From assembly GCA_030704615.1 (NCBI GenBank), contig CM060732.1, positions 3,410,001 to 3,474,000 of the forward strand: DNA of 64,000 bases. The letters are read 5' to 3'. How positions within the stretch are numbered: the first letter of the stretch is position 1; every line of letters starts with the position of its first letter. Shown here piece by piece: positions 9,405 through 24,822 of the stretch. The DNA is from Takakia lepidozioides (taxonomy: Eukaryota > Plantae > Bryophyta). Position numbers and translations under genes: made by a program. The notes below the pieces were generated by a model that did no database searches, was not told where the DNA came from, and worked only from the letters and a program-made list of their open reading frames with translations.

Positions 9405-12359
9405 CTCCCAGTTGAGTCGCAAACCTTTCCCGCCGAATACCCGAAGATGACAGAATTGTGAAGTACTACAGACTCTATTGGTGCAGACTCTATTGGTTCA
9501 ATCGCGGCAGAAGGGTCAGCTTCATTCCAATGTTAAGGCATGTAAAATCGCGGAATACTCTATACAGGCCAGTATGTGACGTCTTTTTGCTGTGGTATAC
9601 TGGATTTCTCGTTGCATGGTCACTCATTTCCATGAGCAGATCTAAAAAACCATGAGCGAAATTATTACTGACGACATATCTTCGCCGCATTACAGGATCT
9701 GGAACTTCCAAAAACGGCAAGGTCAAATAAAAAAACTATTATTTTTATACTTTTTTAATCTGCCGCATTTCCAAATTTGGAGGTATCCGCTCATGGAAAC
9801 CGCGTGTCTTAGACTTCGGCTCACCGCTCATGCGGCTCATGGCTCATGGTTTTTGTTCATGAAATAGTAAACCTCACGTGCTTCCCGCCTCTGCTCGCCT
9901 CCGCTCCCCACAGCTGATTGTCACGAGATCGGGCATTGCCATGGCATGAACTCCATCGATCTGGCAGAGCAATTACATACAAGGTTGCCATCAAATCTTC
10001 ATAAAAATAGTTGCCATCACATTTTCCACAAAATATCCATGAAATAGGTCAATGCGGTTATGGAATCTGTCTCATACTCAAAATCGTGAACCTTACATCT
10101 ATAACAATGGAGCAACAATGAGGATGCAGCCACGAATGGTCAACTGGAAACAGCAGCGGCAGCATCACAATTGATAGAACAAGGCACTGCTAATGAAAGC
10201 ACCTTCTTCAACACATTTCACCCTAATTTTCCTATTATCAGAGTCGTCCCTAAATTTTCATGTTGAATTCTGCAAGTTAGCTCGTTGGTGTAAGAGGGCC
10301 GGATTTCAAGCTCCAGATTACCTATGATGGAGGGATTTCTGTAGTTGAATGCCACCGCAGCATATTTACTGACGTTAGCCTCTAGCTCCCAAACGGGTCA
10401 TGGCAGCAGGGTTAGAAAATGAATATTGCCGACCACACAGCCCGCATTGGCATTGTCCTCTTCTTCTCTGCATCTGTTTATTGTTCTAAGGTAGACTCCC
10501 GCCCGCAATTTAGTTTTTAGTCTAGTGCTGATTGTAGCTAGGCCCTTCAAATCATCCTTAAGGTCCTAAGCCATGTTGCAAGTTGAATAGATGTTTCTTG
10601 CTGTAGCGGCTTGGCTGTCAGCCCCATGGATATAACAGAAATCAAGAGCAAATGATAGCATGATGTTTTTTGTGCCCAGATTCCGTGCATTGCAGTAGTG
10701 GAGAATATGTGCTGCTTCAAAGCTGATGGGAAGCGCTACTACCTTTTGGCCAGGGCTCAGGTTCCAAGGTATGTGCATCACTGTATCACTCAAGTGAGTC
10801 AAAGCAGATCTTTACCAACAAATGCACAAGAATGTGGGCTATGCACTGCACCGTCATGTTTTCATATGCACCGCCATCCTCCAATGGCTTTAGTGTGGGT
10901 GGATCATGGTGAAACCTTTTGAAACCATCCATATCTTAAACCTTCCCATTTTGACTACCATGTTTATCTCATAAGTGGTTTTGATGGGGGCCGTATCAAA
11001 TCTGAGTACAGGTGGTGAAGCAGTTCGGGATTCCACATCTGTTTGAACTTCCTATCAGACCCAAAGTAAGTACTCATTGTGGTTAGCTCCTTTTCAAGGG
11101 TATACTATTTTTTCTCAATGCGGAGCACTTTCTGATTGAATAATGTAAGAGTTTGACAGATTCTTTGAAATTGTGTGGCAGTAATCCACTGATATTCCCA
11201 AATAGTCAAATCTAAAGGATGAATGTCTATATCCGGTCTCTGTCAATTGAACAATCAACATGTATTATGGCTACACAATCAGGACTGAGGGCCATCAACC
11301 ACCAGGAATTGCCAAGAAAGAAAGGCCCTTCAGGTTTAGATGAAAGTGAATCAAGGACCCAACTCTTGTTTGGAGAGACAGTGGGATAAATTCAAGAGTC
11401 ACCAATTTGAAATTCCCTCCAGCCCTTGACAAAAGTAGAAGGAATCAATGTCACCACAGTCAAGAAACTGAAATCACTACTTGGCTGTTCAATATGATTT
11501 GTCTATTGCTCATGTGTAGAGTCTCTCTAACTTTTCCAGTGAATGGTTGCACTGGTGTCCGACTCATCATTTTGTCATATTGCCATACAATAATGATCCA
11601 TGAATAATGAGATGCAGATGCAGAAGGGAACCGTGCAATCTGGACATCGAGAGAAACATTTATCCCTTTTAGCTGCCTCATGTGAGTTGTATATCGCTTG
11701 AGTGTCCTCTGCCCTGCCTTGGCATTGGAGGTTATCTGAAGGTTTGAAGTGCCCATGCATTCATTCAGCAAGTTTGCAACGGAAGAGTAAGATCGTTGAA
11801 TGCAGGCATGTGGTCAAATTCACTGACACACATGTATACAAACTATTACATATGTGGGTCTATATTTTACGTAGAGATTTACATATCTAAGTACAATGCA
11901 CATACGTGCACTGAACATAAGGGCCATGCTGTCTATTGGGCAGGTTTTTCCAGCAAATCAAGAGAACTTTCACAAAAGTACAGACAAGGCATGCTGGAAG
12001 GCAGTAACACAGCTGCTTCCCAATGAACTGTCGGGATTGCTATAGGTGAAGGGTCGCGGCAAAGATCTAAGGACAAAAAAATTGGTGTGGAGGCCAACAA
12101 GGGTCCCAAGCTTGGAAAGCCTATGATTTAGGCTGCATGCGGCATGTCCTTCTGAAGCTGAAGCAAAATACAGGGTGGATCTGCTTGCCAATTGTTTGAC
12201 GTGTGATAAGGGAGGGCATCACAAACTGGTGTAGTTTGTGCCCCTGGTGAGATGGGGAAGCCAACAGTGGCATCTATCTCCCTTTTGCAGGTCATGTATC
12301 CACTCTGTTTCTAGGTGTACATGTGCTAAGGGAGAATAGGGTGAATAAGGTAGCACAAA

Positions 12360-14328
12360 ATGGTGAAAGCGTGCAAGGGGTCTTCTCCCTTAGTGTGGGG
12401 GAAGAGAGTTCATCATGTCATGACACTTGCCCCGAGATTCAAACGAAAATGTAAGGAGCGTGGCAAGTGGACAGAAGAATCGATGAAAGAAGCTCTCGAG
12501 AGCATTCAGTCAGGGCAAATGGGCCTTTGCGCAGCTGCAAGATTGTACAACATTCCTGAATCTACCATCCACAGCTGGAAAACAAAGAAGGTGTCATCCA
12601 GGAAACTTGGCCCACCCACTGCTTTGAGACCAGATGAAGAAAGTGCACTGGTGAAATGGTGTGAGGATATGCAAGTTGTAGCCCATTGTGTATCTTTGCA
12701 GATGTTAAAAAGCAAAGTCAAGCAAATTTGTGAAGGTCGTTCCACACCTTTCAAAGCTGGAATGCCCAGGAATAAGTGGTGGAGGTTTTTCCAATTGAGG
12801 CACCCACACCTTGTTTTGCGGACGCCACAAGGCCTCGATGCTAAGAGAGCAAAGAATGTGAGTCCAGAGCGATGTAGTACCTTCTACAAGTTCATTGGTG
12901 AAACATATGCCAGGTCCAAGTTCTTACCATCTCATGTGTGGAATGTCGACGAAACAGGACTTTCAGCAAGCATAAAGATTGGTGGAGCCAAAGTCATTGC
13001 AAGGAAAGGAAGCAAGGCAGTTTTGACTAGGAGTTTTGGTAATCGAGAATGGCTGATAGTTGTAGTTTGCATCAACGCAAGTGGACAGCGGATACCATCT
13101 CAATACATTTTTTCTGGAAATTCAATTCATGAGAACTCTATCATCATCTGCGAAGCAGGGGCAAGAATGAGTGTGCAGCCAAGTGGGTGGATGAATAATG
13201 ACCTGTTCATTGAGTGGTTAAAGCACTTTCAGCAGTCCGTGCCTGGAGGAGTAAGTCCTGACAACCCACACTTTCACCTGTTGGATGGCCATGGAAGCCA
13301 TCTCACAGTCTAGGAGGCTGTGAAAATTGCGCGAGATATGGGTTTACAAGTGGCCCTACTACCCCCTCACACTTCACATAGGCTTCAACCATTGGATGTG
13401 GCAGTCTTCCGAGCATTCAAGCTGAGGTTCGGCCAGTTGTGGGAAGAGATGATTGCAGTAAACCCAAAGTGGTTGAATGGCAATGGCAATAAAGTGGCAT
13501 TGGCAACTTTGGCATCTCAGGCCCTAGAGGCAGCTTGCACTATGGAGAACGTTAAAGCAGGGTTCCGCAAAATAGAGATATTTCCATTAGATCCACATGC
13601 TCTTGACTCTCATATGGGCCCAAGTACAATATTTGACTCCAATGACCTTGACATGGGTTCAACCTCAAGTTCAGGGCATCATGAAGACTCAGGGTCTGAC
13701 GAAGAATCAACCCATGAGAGCCCTCTCAATGACAACAATGAAAATCCACCAGAGTCTCTCTTGGACATGATGGTCTTTAGTGAAGAAGAAGAGTTATCAC
13801 AACGTGTGTCACAGCTTAGCATTGATGAGCCTAGGCCGACACTTGTTGATCTTCTTACTTTACCAAGCCTCCTGCCACCACGTATTACAGAAGATCGAGG
13901 GCAGACTATTGCATCGCAAGTGTGCATCACCGGCCCGGAGTATGAGGAGTATTTGAGAGAGCAGCGGTTGTAGAAGGAAGCAAAGGTCTTAGCTGGCCAA
14001 CAATGCAAACTTGATATAGAGGAAATGAAGAAAAAAAAGGCTTGAGAAATTGGAAGCTGGCCGCCCCTAGAGGGCCAAAGACAAAGAACAAAAGCAAGCT
14101 GAACATCTTAAAAGGCAAGAAAAACTACAGCAACAGAAAGAGATTGCCAAAGCAATTCGTGAGAGGGTAAGGGCGGAGAAAGAAGTAGCACGGAAGAGCA
14201 AAGCTGCTTCATCGTCTGGGCGGACTCGACGCAAAGGTAAGGAGGTAAGTGCTCCTCAAGACAGTGACTGTGACGAAGACTCCATCAACAGAAGATATAG
14301 GCAAGCAGTGAAGGAATCGGTGGAATAA
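12360..14328 (+). mobile_element. pogo-superfamily transposase pseudogene (psq-type HTH + CENP-B HTH + DDE_1), DD36D spacing
   Basis: WTEESMKEALESI..G.MGLCAAARLYNIPESTI (psq HTH) and VWNVDETG...LLDGHGSH...LPPHTSHRLQPLD. An in-frame TAG at 13311-13313 joins ORFs 12360-13313 and 13320-13973. There are 36 codons between the second and third D. A coiled-coil-like tail with stops runs to ~14328. I did not find TIRs. Confidence 0.9.
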
Positions 14329-16652
14329 GGTTTACCTCCACCTTTGCTGCCTCCGGGTACCTAAGGAGTTTATGTTACAATAGTGTTATTGAACACCACG
14401 TACCTCAAAAATGTGTTAGCTTCACTTAAGGCTTTTTTTTAGGGTAGTATATAAATATCTGCTCGAAAGATATTCCACATGTTCTAAGGTTGGGTCTGAT
14501 ATGTGGCAGATGGTGGCACAGGTATGTTGCAGGTGGTGAGCCGGCCTCTCTAAACACCCACCGATTGCAGGTGGTGAGCCGACCTCTCTGAATCAAAGAC
14601 CACTCAAACTGTGCATGATAGTTATCTTGCCAATGAATTTTGATCGATAGACACTTATAATTAGGTGAGTTGGTTGTTTACACACTCATCCTGGTTGCAG
14701 ATTTGGTACACTTCACCCCGTGGCCCCTTGAGGCAGAAGAGGATCCAAATCTAGCTCATTGCAGCAAGCTCTAGCTAAAAACTCAACTTGGAACTAGGAA
14801 GCAAGCTATAGAGAAGTGCTGAACTAGACAAGGTGGTTTGAACACGTGTTCTGGAGAAACGGATGGCACTGTTGTACATGAGGATAGAAGACTTATCTTA
14901 CAGAGACATGATGTGATGGTTTTGCTTTCATGACTACGTATATCTTGTGCTTATGTTTGTATCTTTGTCTGACACTCACCTCTCGACCCAATTCATGCTC
15001 ACCCATTTCCATCTTAAGGCAAACTTTCGAATGCCTGCTCTTCAGCTATAATTTGCACAGTCCATTGATTTTTCGAGGATTTATCGAGTTTCTTCCGACA
15101 ACAATTTCTGCTCCTGAAACCTAAGTTTTTTTTGTGGGAATGAGTACTTCTGTGTTGAAGCTTGCATGTGTGGTTGCAGGGAACAAGATGAGGGTCTGGA
15201 TGAGCTGAGTGTTAGCGTGGAGCGCTTGGGTGGTGTTGGACTCACCATTCACAAGGAGTTGTCTGGAAGGGTGCTTTCTCACCATTGCCTACTTGGTTGT
15301 TTGATTGGGTTGCCAGCCTAGTAGACATCATAACACATTGGACTCTCAAACTCACGTAGTTATGGGTCTCTCTCTTTCTTCCATTTGTCCTCTCCCCTGA
15401 CCAGCAGATTAGGATGTTGTCTCCATGTGATATGGTCATGGTTGTCTCTCTTGTTTGTGAAATGGGAGCTGATTGGACCTACTTGTGATCCACTCAAAGA
15501 CTCCCCCCCTCCCTTAGCTCGTTCGTCTCTATTGTTAAGACATGGGATAGAAGGTTGTTTTCCTTTGGTTGGTTGTGTGTTCCACACTACTGTGCCGTAA
15601 GCTCGTTGGGGGTCCCATGAGTGGTATAAAGAATCTTTTTTCTGATGGTCAAAACTATCGGTCATGGCATGTCATTCACAGCTTGGATGAGGCAAAGGCA
15701 ATAGGTGGACCAATCTGTGTGGAATGCAATGGTATTGGCAGGAGAGAATTATTGATGACTTGGCTCATGACATGAACAACACATCTACTAGGCTTGAGTT
15801 TGTTCAGGTAGGTCATCTGTCACAGCTACCCTCCCTTCCTATCCAAGACAATCAAAGAGCTCAGTTTGCCTAGTGAGTAAGCATTTCGTTTGTGTACATG
15901 ACGGTGTGTGTCAGAGAAAGATTTCTTTGAAAGACTAGTTTGCATACATGTTATGCATTAAGCATTGCGACTCGTCTTGAGGTAACAGGGAAATGGGAAT
16001 GTCTCTGCGGGTTGGTGCGCAGAAAAGGTTGGCTATCGCGATGAAGAAGGCTGGATGGAAGGGACAAGTGATGATGATTGTCTTTCTGGTTGTCTTACTG
16101 ATTATTCTCACCTTCCTTGTTGTTTCTGCGTAAGCCGTTTCATGCGCAAAAGTAAGGCTGTATGAGAGTCCTCACATTGCAAATGAAGTCATTGTGAAAA
16201 CAGCAGCCTTTGTTCCAAAAAGTGGATTTTGAGGGGGTTTGATTATGTCTGAGCTGTGAAGCTGGACAGACAACACGAACTGGATAATTTGGGGATCTGC
16301 TTTACACTTCCAGCTTCTTTCCAAAAATAAGATTTAAGGCATAGCGAGATAGGTTGTATATGCGGTGCTCCCTTGTTTCTCCGGTCAGCTACAATGAGAG
16401 TGCAACCATTGGCTGTCCTGCAATTTTAGTTGTGACTTTTACCATGAGGGTATAGTCCCTTGTGGAGCCAAGTGTGGGGTTTGAACCCACTAGTGCCAAC
16501 TGGAGAGAGAGCCACAGAGGCTTGACATCGTCCTTTGTGTCTTATGAAGTACAAATACTTATTGGACTTTGGATGTTTGGTTTCAAGTCAAGAGATTTCA
16601 TACATTGTTGGTTGTAGCAATGTATCATAAACTGAAGAAAAGAAAATGTGTT

Positions 16653-16911
16653 TGGTCCTAATATTGCGCATTTGATTGCGCGCACAATCAAGTGCGCAAT
16701 ATTAGGGATTTTTCTATGTTTCTAGAGATCCCATACCCATTGCATGAAAACCTGATGGGTTATTCTCAATTTTATAGATTTCACATAATGAAAAATATGT
16801 ATGGGTTGCCAACTGTAAAAAAAAAAGACCCATGTAAAAGAAAAACTGAAATTCCATTAGGTTAAGCAAAATGTGACAGGTGCATACAGAAAGTGAGCAT
16901 TATTAGGACCA
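16653..16911. mobile_element. MITE-like element (~260 bp) with ~21-bp imperfect TIRs and an internal hairpin
   Basis: Left end tggtcctaatattgcgcattt; right end aagtgagcattattaggacca (inverted match). Internal inverted repeat at 16657-16706. Confidence 0.6.
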
Positions 16912-17433
16912 TTTACCATACCAGTCCAACACTCGGTCAGAACTATCATTGATTTGATGACCACTTCACAAACATGATAAAAATCAATCATTTCATCACT
17001 CACGCTGTTGGCACAGTCGAACAGTGAAAAGTGTATATAGATCTCATGCAGTTCATTTTTGTGGCATTATGGCAAACATGTACACACGCCAGCGTCCAGC
17101 AGGATGGCTGGGTCCCTGGGGTTAACAAGGGCACTGTGGCAACAAACGGCAGTACCACCAACAGGAGGGGTGCGTGACCTGCAGCATTTCTTTTGTTGTG
17201 TCGCTCTCGTACTCCATTGCTTGCTTCAACCCGGCGCATCCCTGCTGTGCCGCTGTTTGCCAGGCATCGAGTAATCTGGGGCTGTGGTATTTGTAGTCGA
17301 TGTAGCGCCTCGAGTTTCGAGCAGGTCTTTCGGAATTTGGAATCGTGCAGGGGTTGTGGTAGTCGGGGGACATTCAACGGTAGACGTGGCTGTGCAGGGC
17401 GACAAGATCTGAGAGAGGGAGCAGGTTGACAGG

Positions 17434-19878
<2,445 letters not shown>

Positions 19879-21859
19879 TTCAGTTGCAACAACCATAAAG
19901 ATGCCATGACGGGCACGGAGGCAGCGGGCTTGAGAGACAAACTCCTGCAGTAGCTGGTTTGGTGGGATGATTGCAATCAAAGAGGGCTTCATGGCACATC
20001 CAGGAAGCATGTTAGCTGTGTAGACATGGGTCTGCATGGTAGTTGGCACTAAAAACCATCTGGTTGTTCCAATGTTGTTTCAGCTGTAGGTTGGCTTTCT
20101 TGTACCTACAATTGGGAAGGCCTTGGTCAGCATATTGTACAGGTGGCTGTGTAACTCAGCTTGTCTATTTGACATTCTTATGCAGGCACAGTGTATGTCT
20201 ACTTATGTACATGATTTTATTGGACTGTTTTACAGACAATTGGCCTTCAAGGTTTTTCTTACTGACCTTGTCAAAGAGGATCAGAAGCCAGACGATGATG
20301 GCTGTGGTAGAATTCAGATGCGGATAACATGAAGTGTTAACACAATGATATTTGTGTTTCACATTAATTGATTGATGGTGGATGAGCCTGAGTGCAAAGT
20401 GGAACTTCATCCTCCTTTCAATTACTCTCTACTTTGCTGCTTGCAGTCCCTTTGAGGCAACAAGTGGCACTTGGACTGATAGATCCACAGCCTCATTCCA
20501 AAACTAACGTATCTTCATTATAAATTAACTGCTCACATGTTTCACTTGTCATGATTCCCTGGACTCTTCAGGCTTCATTTCATGTGCAATCTCCACGTCT
20601 GGCCCCCACAAGACGAGCCTTACATCCATTCCACGTGTCAATCCTATGAAGCTTTCCAGACCCGGCCTGGCTCTTTCTATGCTAGACCCATGTGCATGTC
20701 GGTCGCTAAGAAATAACCCAAACTTCTATCCCATTTTCTAGTTTGCCATATGTTGACTCTCTACTTCAGACCATTTGCAAATGGAGACTAATCTAATCCT
20801 AGCCAGCCTAACTAAGAGCCACTTCGCCTTGTCTCCTTAAAAGTAACTCCTTTCCATGTAGGTACAAGCTCAAAGAACCATCAAACCCATCAGAGCAACA
20901 ACAGCAGTAGTATGCGTACATAATCAACACATACAAAACAGATTTGAGGTTTGAGAGAGCTCAAAGCCTCACTCCCTTAGTCTCTTGGCCTTAGTAGCAT
21001 TTCCTGCAACAAAAGAAGGTGAAGTGGCATCACCTAGATCCATCACAGCCAACCAACCAACCAACAGGTTAGTGATCCCTGTGGAACCCTAGGCTTAACC
21101 CCCTTCACATTTGTTATCAATGTCATCCCTGCAATAGGTCATACTAGCAAAGAGAGGAGAGGTATTTCAGCCATTCAACATAGGTACAGAACTCAGTAGC
21201 ACCTATTTCAGCCCATGCTCCAGAGGGAGGGGGGGGGGGGGTCTCATGTCTGTAAGCACCCATTCCCAAAAGGAAGGTGTCACTAGAGCCAAGTACTCAC
21301 ATAGAGGCCTTTGTTTTGCAGAAGTATTCAAAGAGCTAGAGTAGAGCTAATCATGTCCACGTAAGTAAGCATGACATTCCCAAAAGGAAGACCAAGTACT
21401 CAAGCAAGGGCACATATAGAAGCCCTTGGTTTTGCAAAAGTATTCCTAGATTCAGAGTAGAGCTTAGTCAAGTCCATGTAAGTTCCTCATAGTGTCAACT
21501 CTCTTTGTGTTGCTATCCCAAGCAACCCATCATAGTGTTGAAGGAGTCTGAATGGATACCTTGCTTGTAGACATAGTGTAGTCAGCTCCTTCAGCTCTTG
21601 CCTGCTGGACTCTTCCAAATGAGAAGAGTGGCCAAGCATACTAACCATATAGGGCAGCAGCTTTAGGTTAAGACCTCTAGGGTGAACCCTAATGAGTCAT
21701 CCTAGTGAGTCATCCCGTTATCCAATTCCCCGTTCCGTTCTAGACAAAAAAAAATCTGAACGGAATAACGGGATCAGACAATTCTTGAATGTTGTCTATA
21801 AAGATCTTAGCAACATTTAAGGAAAGAAAGAGAAAAAAAAAAATCCTCGAGCCTCTCAT

Positions 21860-22090
21860 TTTCAGGTTTCCTAATGCTGATACAAAGCATTGGCTCTAGT
21901 AGACCAACCAAGAGAGCAATGTACATTGACCGGATCATGTAGAAGGTGTACACATATACTCTATTATGTTGTTGCTAGTACAGGGCCTAACACAAGATAG
22001 CATGTATTAGTTTGCCATCAAATGTCCCTATATGTTCAAGGCTGGAGAAAGAGCCAAAGGGATCAGGCAGTTCTTGAGTGTTGTTACAAA
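21860..22090 (-). pseudogene. Degenerate PPR-derived fragment, similar to 30690-30860
   Basis: Shares ggatcatgtagaaggt.tacaca.atactc...tgttgttgcta with 30788-30833. No intact frame. Confidence 0.4.
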
Positions 22091-22109
22091 GGACATATTC
22101 AAGTATAAA

Positions 22110-22117
<8 letters not shown>

Positions 22118-22178
<61 letters not shown>
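22118..22178. repeat. (GA)n microsatellite
   Basis: About 30 uninterrupted GA units. Confidence 0.95.
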
Positions 22179-22182
<4 letters not shown>

Positions 22183-24822
22183 AGGTATTGTAGTTTGAAA
22201 CCATGCCAACCCTAAAAAGGACAAAGATGCACCACATGAGATTGAGGTTTTCATTTTTTGCCGAGGGGTTTGTTGGCAGGGGCACCAACTGTGGGAGCTT
22301 CCGCACTCGACTCCTCTAGCTCCATTTCCGCCTCATCCCTCCCACAATCGCTTGTGTTCGCGGTAGCGGGTGACGTCTCCACGGGGTCGTGCGGGTCTGC
22401 CATTGGCACCGCCTCTTTGTTCGCGAGCCTCCCTCTCCTTCGCAAAGGTAAGGTAGGATCAAAACTAATTTTCCTACGCGATCGTCCCTCCTTGTCCTTC
22501 TGCCTGTGCCCAAAACACACAACTTAGACAAAATGAGGAGAGAGAGATCGCAAACAAAGAGAAAGAGTGAACGAGGAGAAGCGAAAGTGAGGAAATGAGA
22601 AGTCCGTGACGATGACAAGTCAACCTATACCCTCGCATCCGCCCGTCCATTTTCAAATTAAACGCGATCGTGATGAACGGTGCAGTGTACATGCATGTGT
22701 AGTAATACGTCTAAGTAATACTAGTACTGGTAGAAAGACAAATGACTCATATTAATACTAAAGATATTGTGCTAGGATTTGTTGCTAGGGTTTGATTTAG
22801 CATGGACTTAGTGCGTATTTTATACTAAGCCAATATGTTAAACCTTAAGTCCTAGCATACTGAAGTTCTCGCGCAGGAGGAATGTCTGTATTTAGAGGCA
22901 TACTGGAGATGGCAACTGGCAAGAAAGAATTCAAAAAACTTACAATTCATTGAGTTCATGCGGAAGGCGACTCATTCGCAACGCTTCCTCCATGGCCAGA
23001 TTCTCTGCTATCCTGCGTTCTCATTCGGCCTCCAGAGCTGCTTGAGCCCTCCGTTTGCTTGAATTCTCTGAGGTGGAAGGTGAGTCTGTGTCGCTTGAAG
23101 TACATGCAGAGCTTGGATGATCCCCTACATTTTGCTCGTGTTTTATCGGACTTTCTACACTACGCGTTGACTCCCCTAAATCCTGCCCTGCAATGTCGGT
23201 TTCCATCTTCACGATGGTGTTGTGAATTTCATAAAGATCGATGTAAACACACAAGGCAAGAGTCAACGAGTCATTTCTAGTAAGCACACGAGGCACCGCC
23301 ATCCCTATACCAATGCTCTCTACAGCTCTACAACGCTCTGATTTCGGCCTTGTCCATGCTACTCTATGTCCAGCCTGTATTGCTTGCTGCACCTGATGCC
23401 ACAGGATGTCTACAAAGATTGTTGAATTTTCCACAACTTCCTGATGTGTCAAGGCCATGTGAGCTTGCGTAACCAGCTATCCACTCCTTGCTCCCCTGAG
23501 CTTCTGCGAATGTTGATACCTGAAAGCTACTGGGAGGAGGAGAGCAAGCTTATAGAAGAACTGACTCCAAACATAGGATCGTGGAGTTTATTCACGAATG
23601 CACAGTAGGCTACATGCCCACCAAATGACTCATTGAGCACAATGACTAATAAGTACAATGACTTTAGATACAAAAATGACTAGAATTGTGATTATTTTAT
23701 TGGGCAGAGTCGCAAGAATGACTGCAAAAACCATCTACCTATAGCACCTAACACTACAAGATTCCTCCACATGCTCCCTTCTAACCTCTTGAGCTTCCTA
23801 ATGCTCTCCAAGTGCTTGCCCTTGTTGTCTTCAAACCCAAGCCTATGTAGCTCATTGGCTTCTCTTCCACAACATCCACACTTGAGCTCATTTAACCCTA
23901 GATTGCTAGTGAAACGAGCACTAATAACCATTTAGTCGTTCTCCACAAGTCATGGCATACACCATTGACTCCATATAGAAAAGATTCTCAAACCCTAGAA
24001 TCCATGCTTCCATACACACAAGACTTCCCTCTTGCAATCCTTGCAAATCTTGTGGTAAACAAGCTCCTTCTTGAGCTCTCCAACACCTTGGTGTAACACC
24101 ACAAGTACCTTTCTTTGCAACCCTTGCAAGCCTTGTGATACAAGAGCTAAATTCTCCTAGCTCGCAACCTCTTTAACATACAAGTGCAAAACTAATCCTT
24201 ACATTCCGCACTCACAAGCATAAGGTGATCTTTTTGTAGTGAAAGTGCAAGTGAACACAATGGAAACACTCCACTCATGAATCCACTCAATCACATAAAC
24301 TAAGTCAAGCCAAGGGCACCTTTGCTAAAGGAATCCACCCTACGAAGCCCTCACCACACTCTCTCTCAATACCTAGAGCTATGAAGGTGGGAGAGGCTCA
24401 TGGAGGCTCATCTACAAGAAGATGAGCCCTCCTCAACCCTCACAAGGGGAAAACCCATCCCCATGTTCCAAGTGAGGTTTGACACCTCACTTGGCATGTG
24501 AGACCAAATGAAGTCCCAACACACAAAATACAAATATAAATATCCAAAATGTCCTAGTTAACTAGAAGTAGGTAATTCTAGTTAACCATGATTAAAACCA
24601 TGACACTTGTCAAGACGGAGAAAATGACAAAACAGCTTTGCAAAGCAAGACAACATTACCATTCTTCCAAGTTGCAAAATTGACATGCATGTTTTTTTTC
24701 TGACAAAGTAGATTGGGTTACTTGGACATTCATAGCTTCCCCTGGAAATGGTACATTTCCGATTTGTTTTCATACCATCTATTTCCATACAGGATACTTG
24801 TAACAAACCTGGTTTGATGTAT

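Noticed and set aside
14700-15950. Possible solo-LTR remnants (also 1-600 and 23600-24560)
   Set aside because: The composition is suggestive, but I could not establish paired repeats, termini or TSDs within the window.
16462-16492. tRNA gene on the minus strand (GGTTCAAACC B-box-like)
   Set aside because: Only a T-arm/acceptor-like fragment is present, with no full cloverleaf. At most it is a SINE relic.
21260-21485. Imperfect ~110-bp direct duplication
   Set aside because: Two degenerate copies with no other structure; this looks like an ordinary local duplication.
22251-23520. ORFs 22251-22520 and 23021-23458 as a gene or hAT remnant
   Set aside because: I found no convincing family motif or consistent splice model, so the region is left unassigned.
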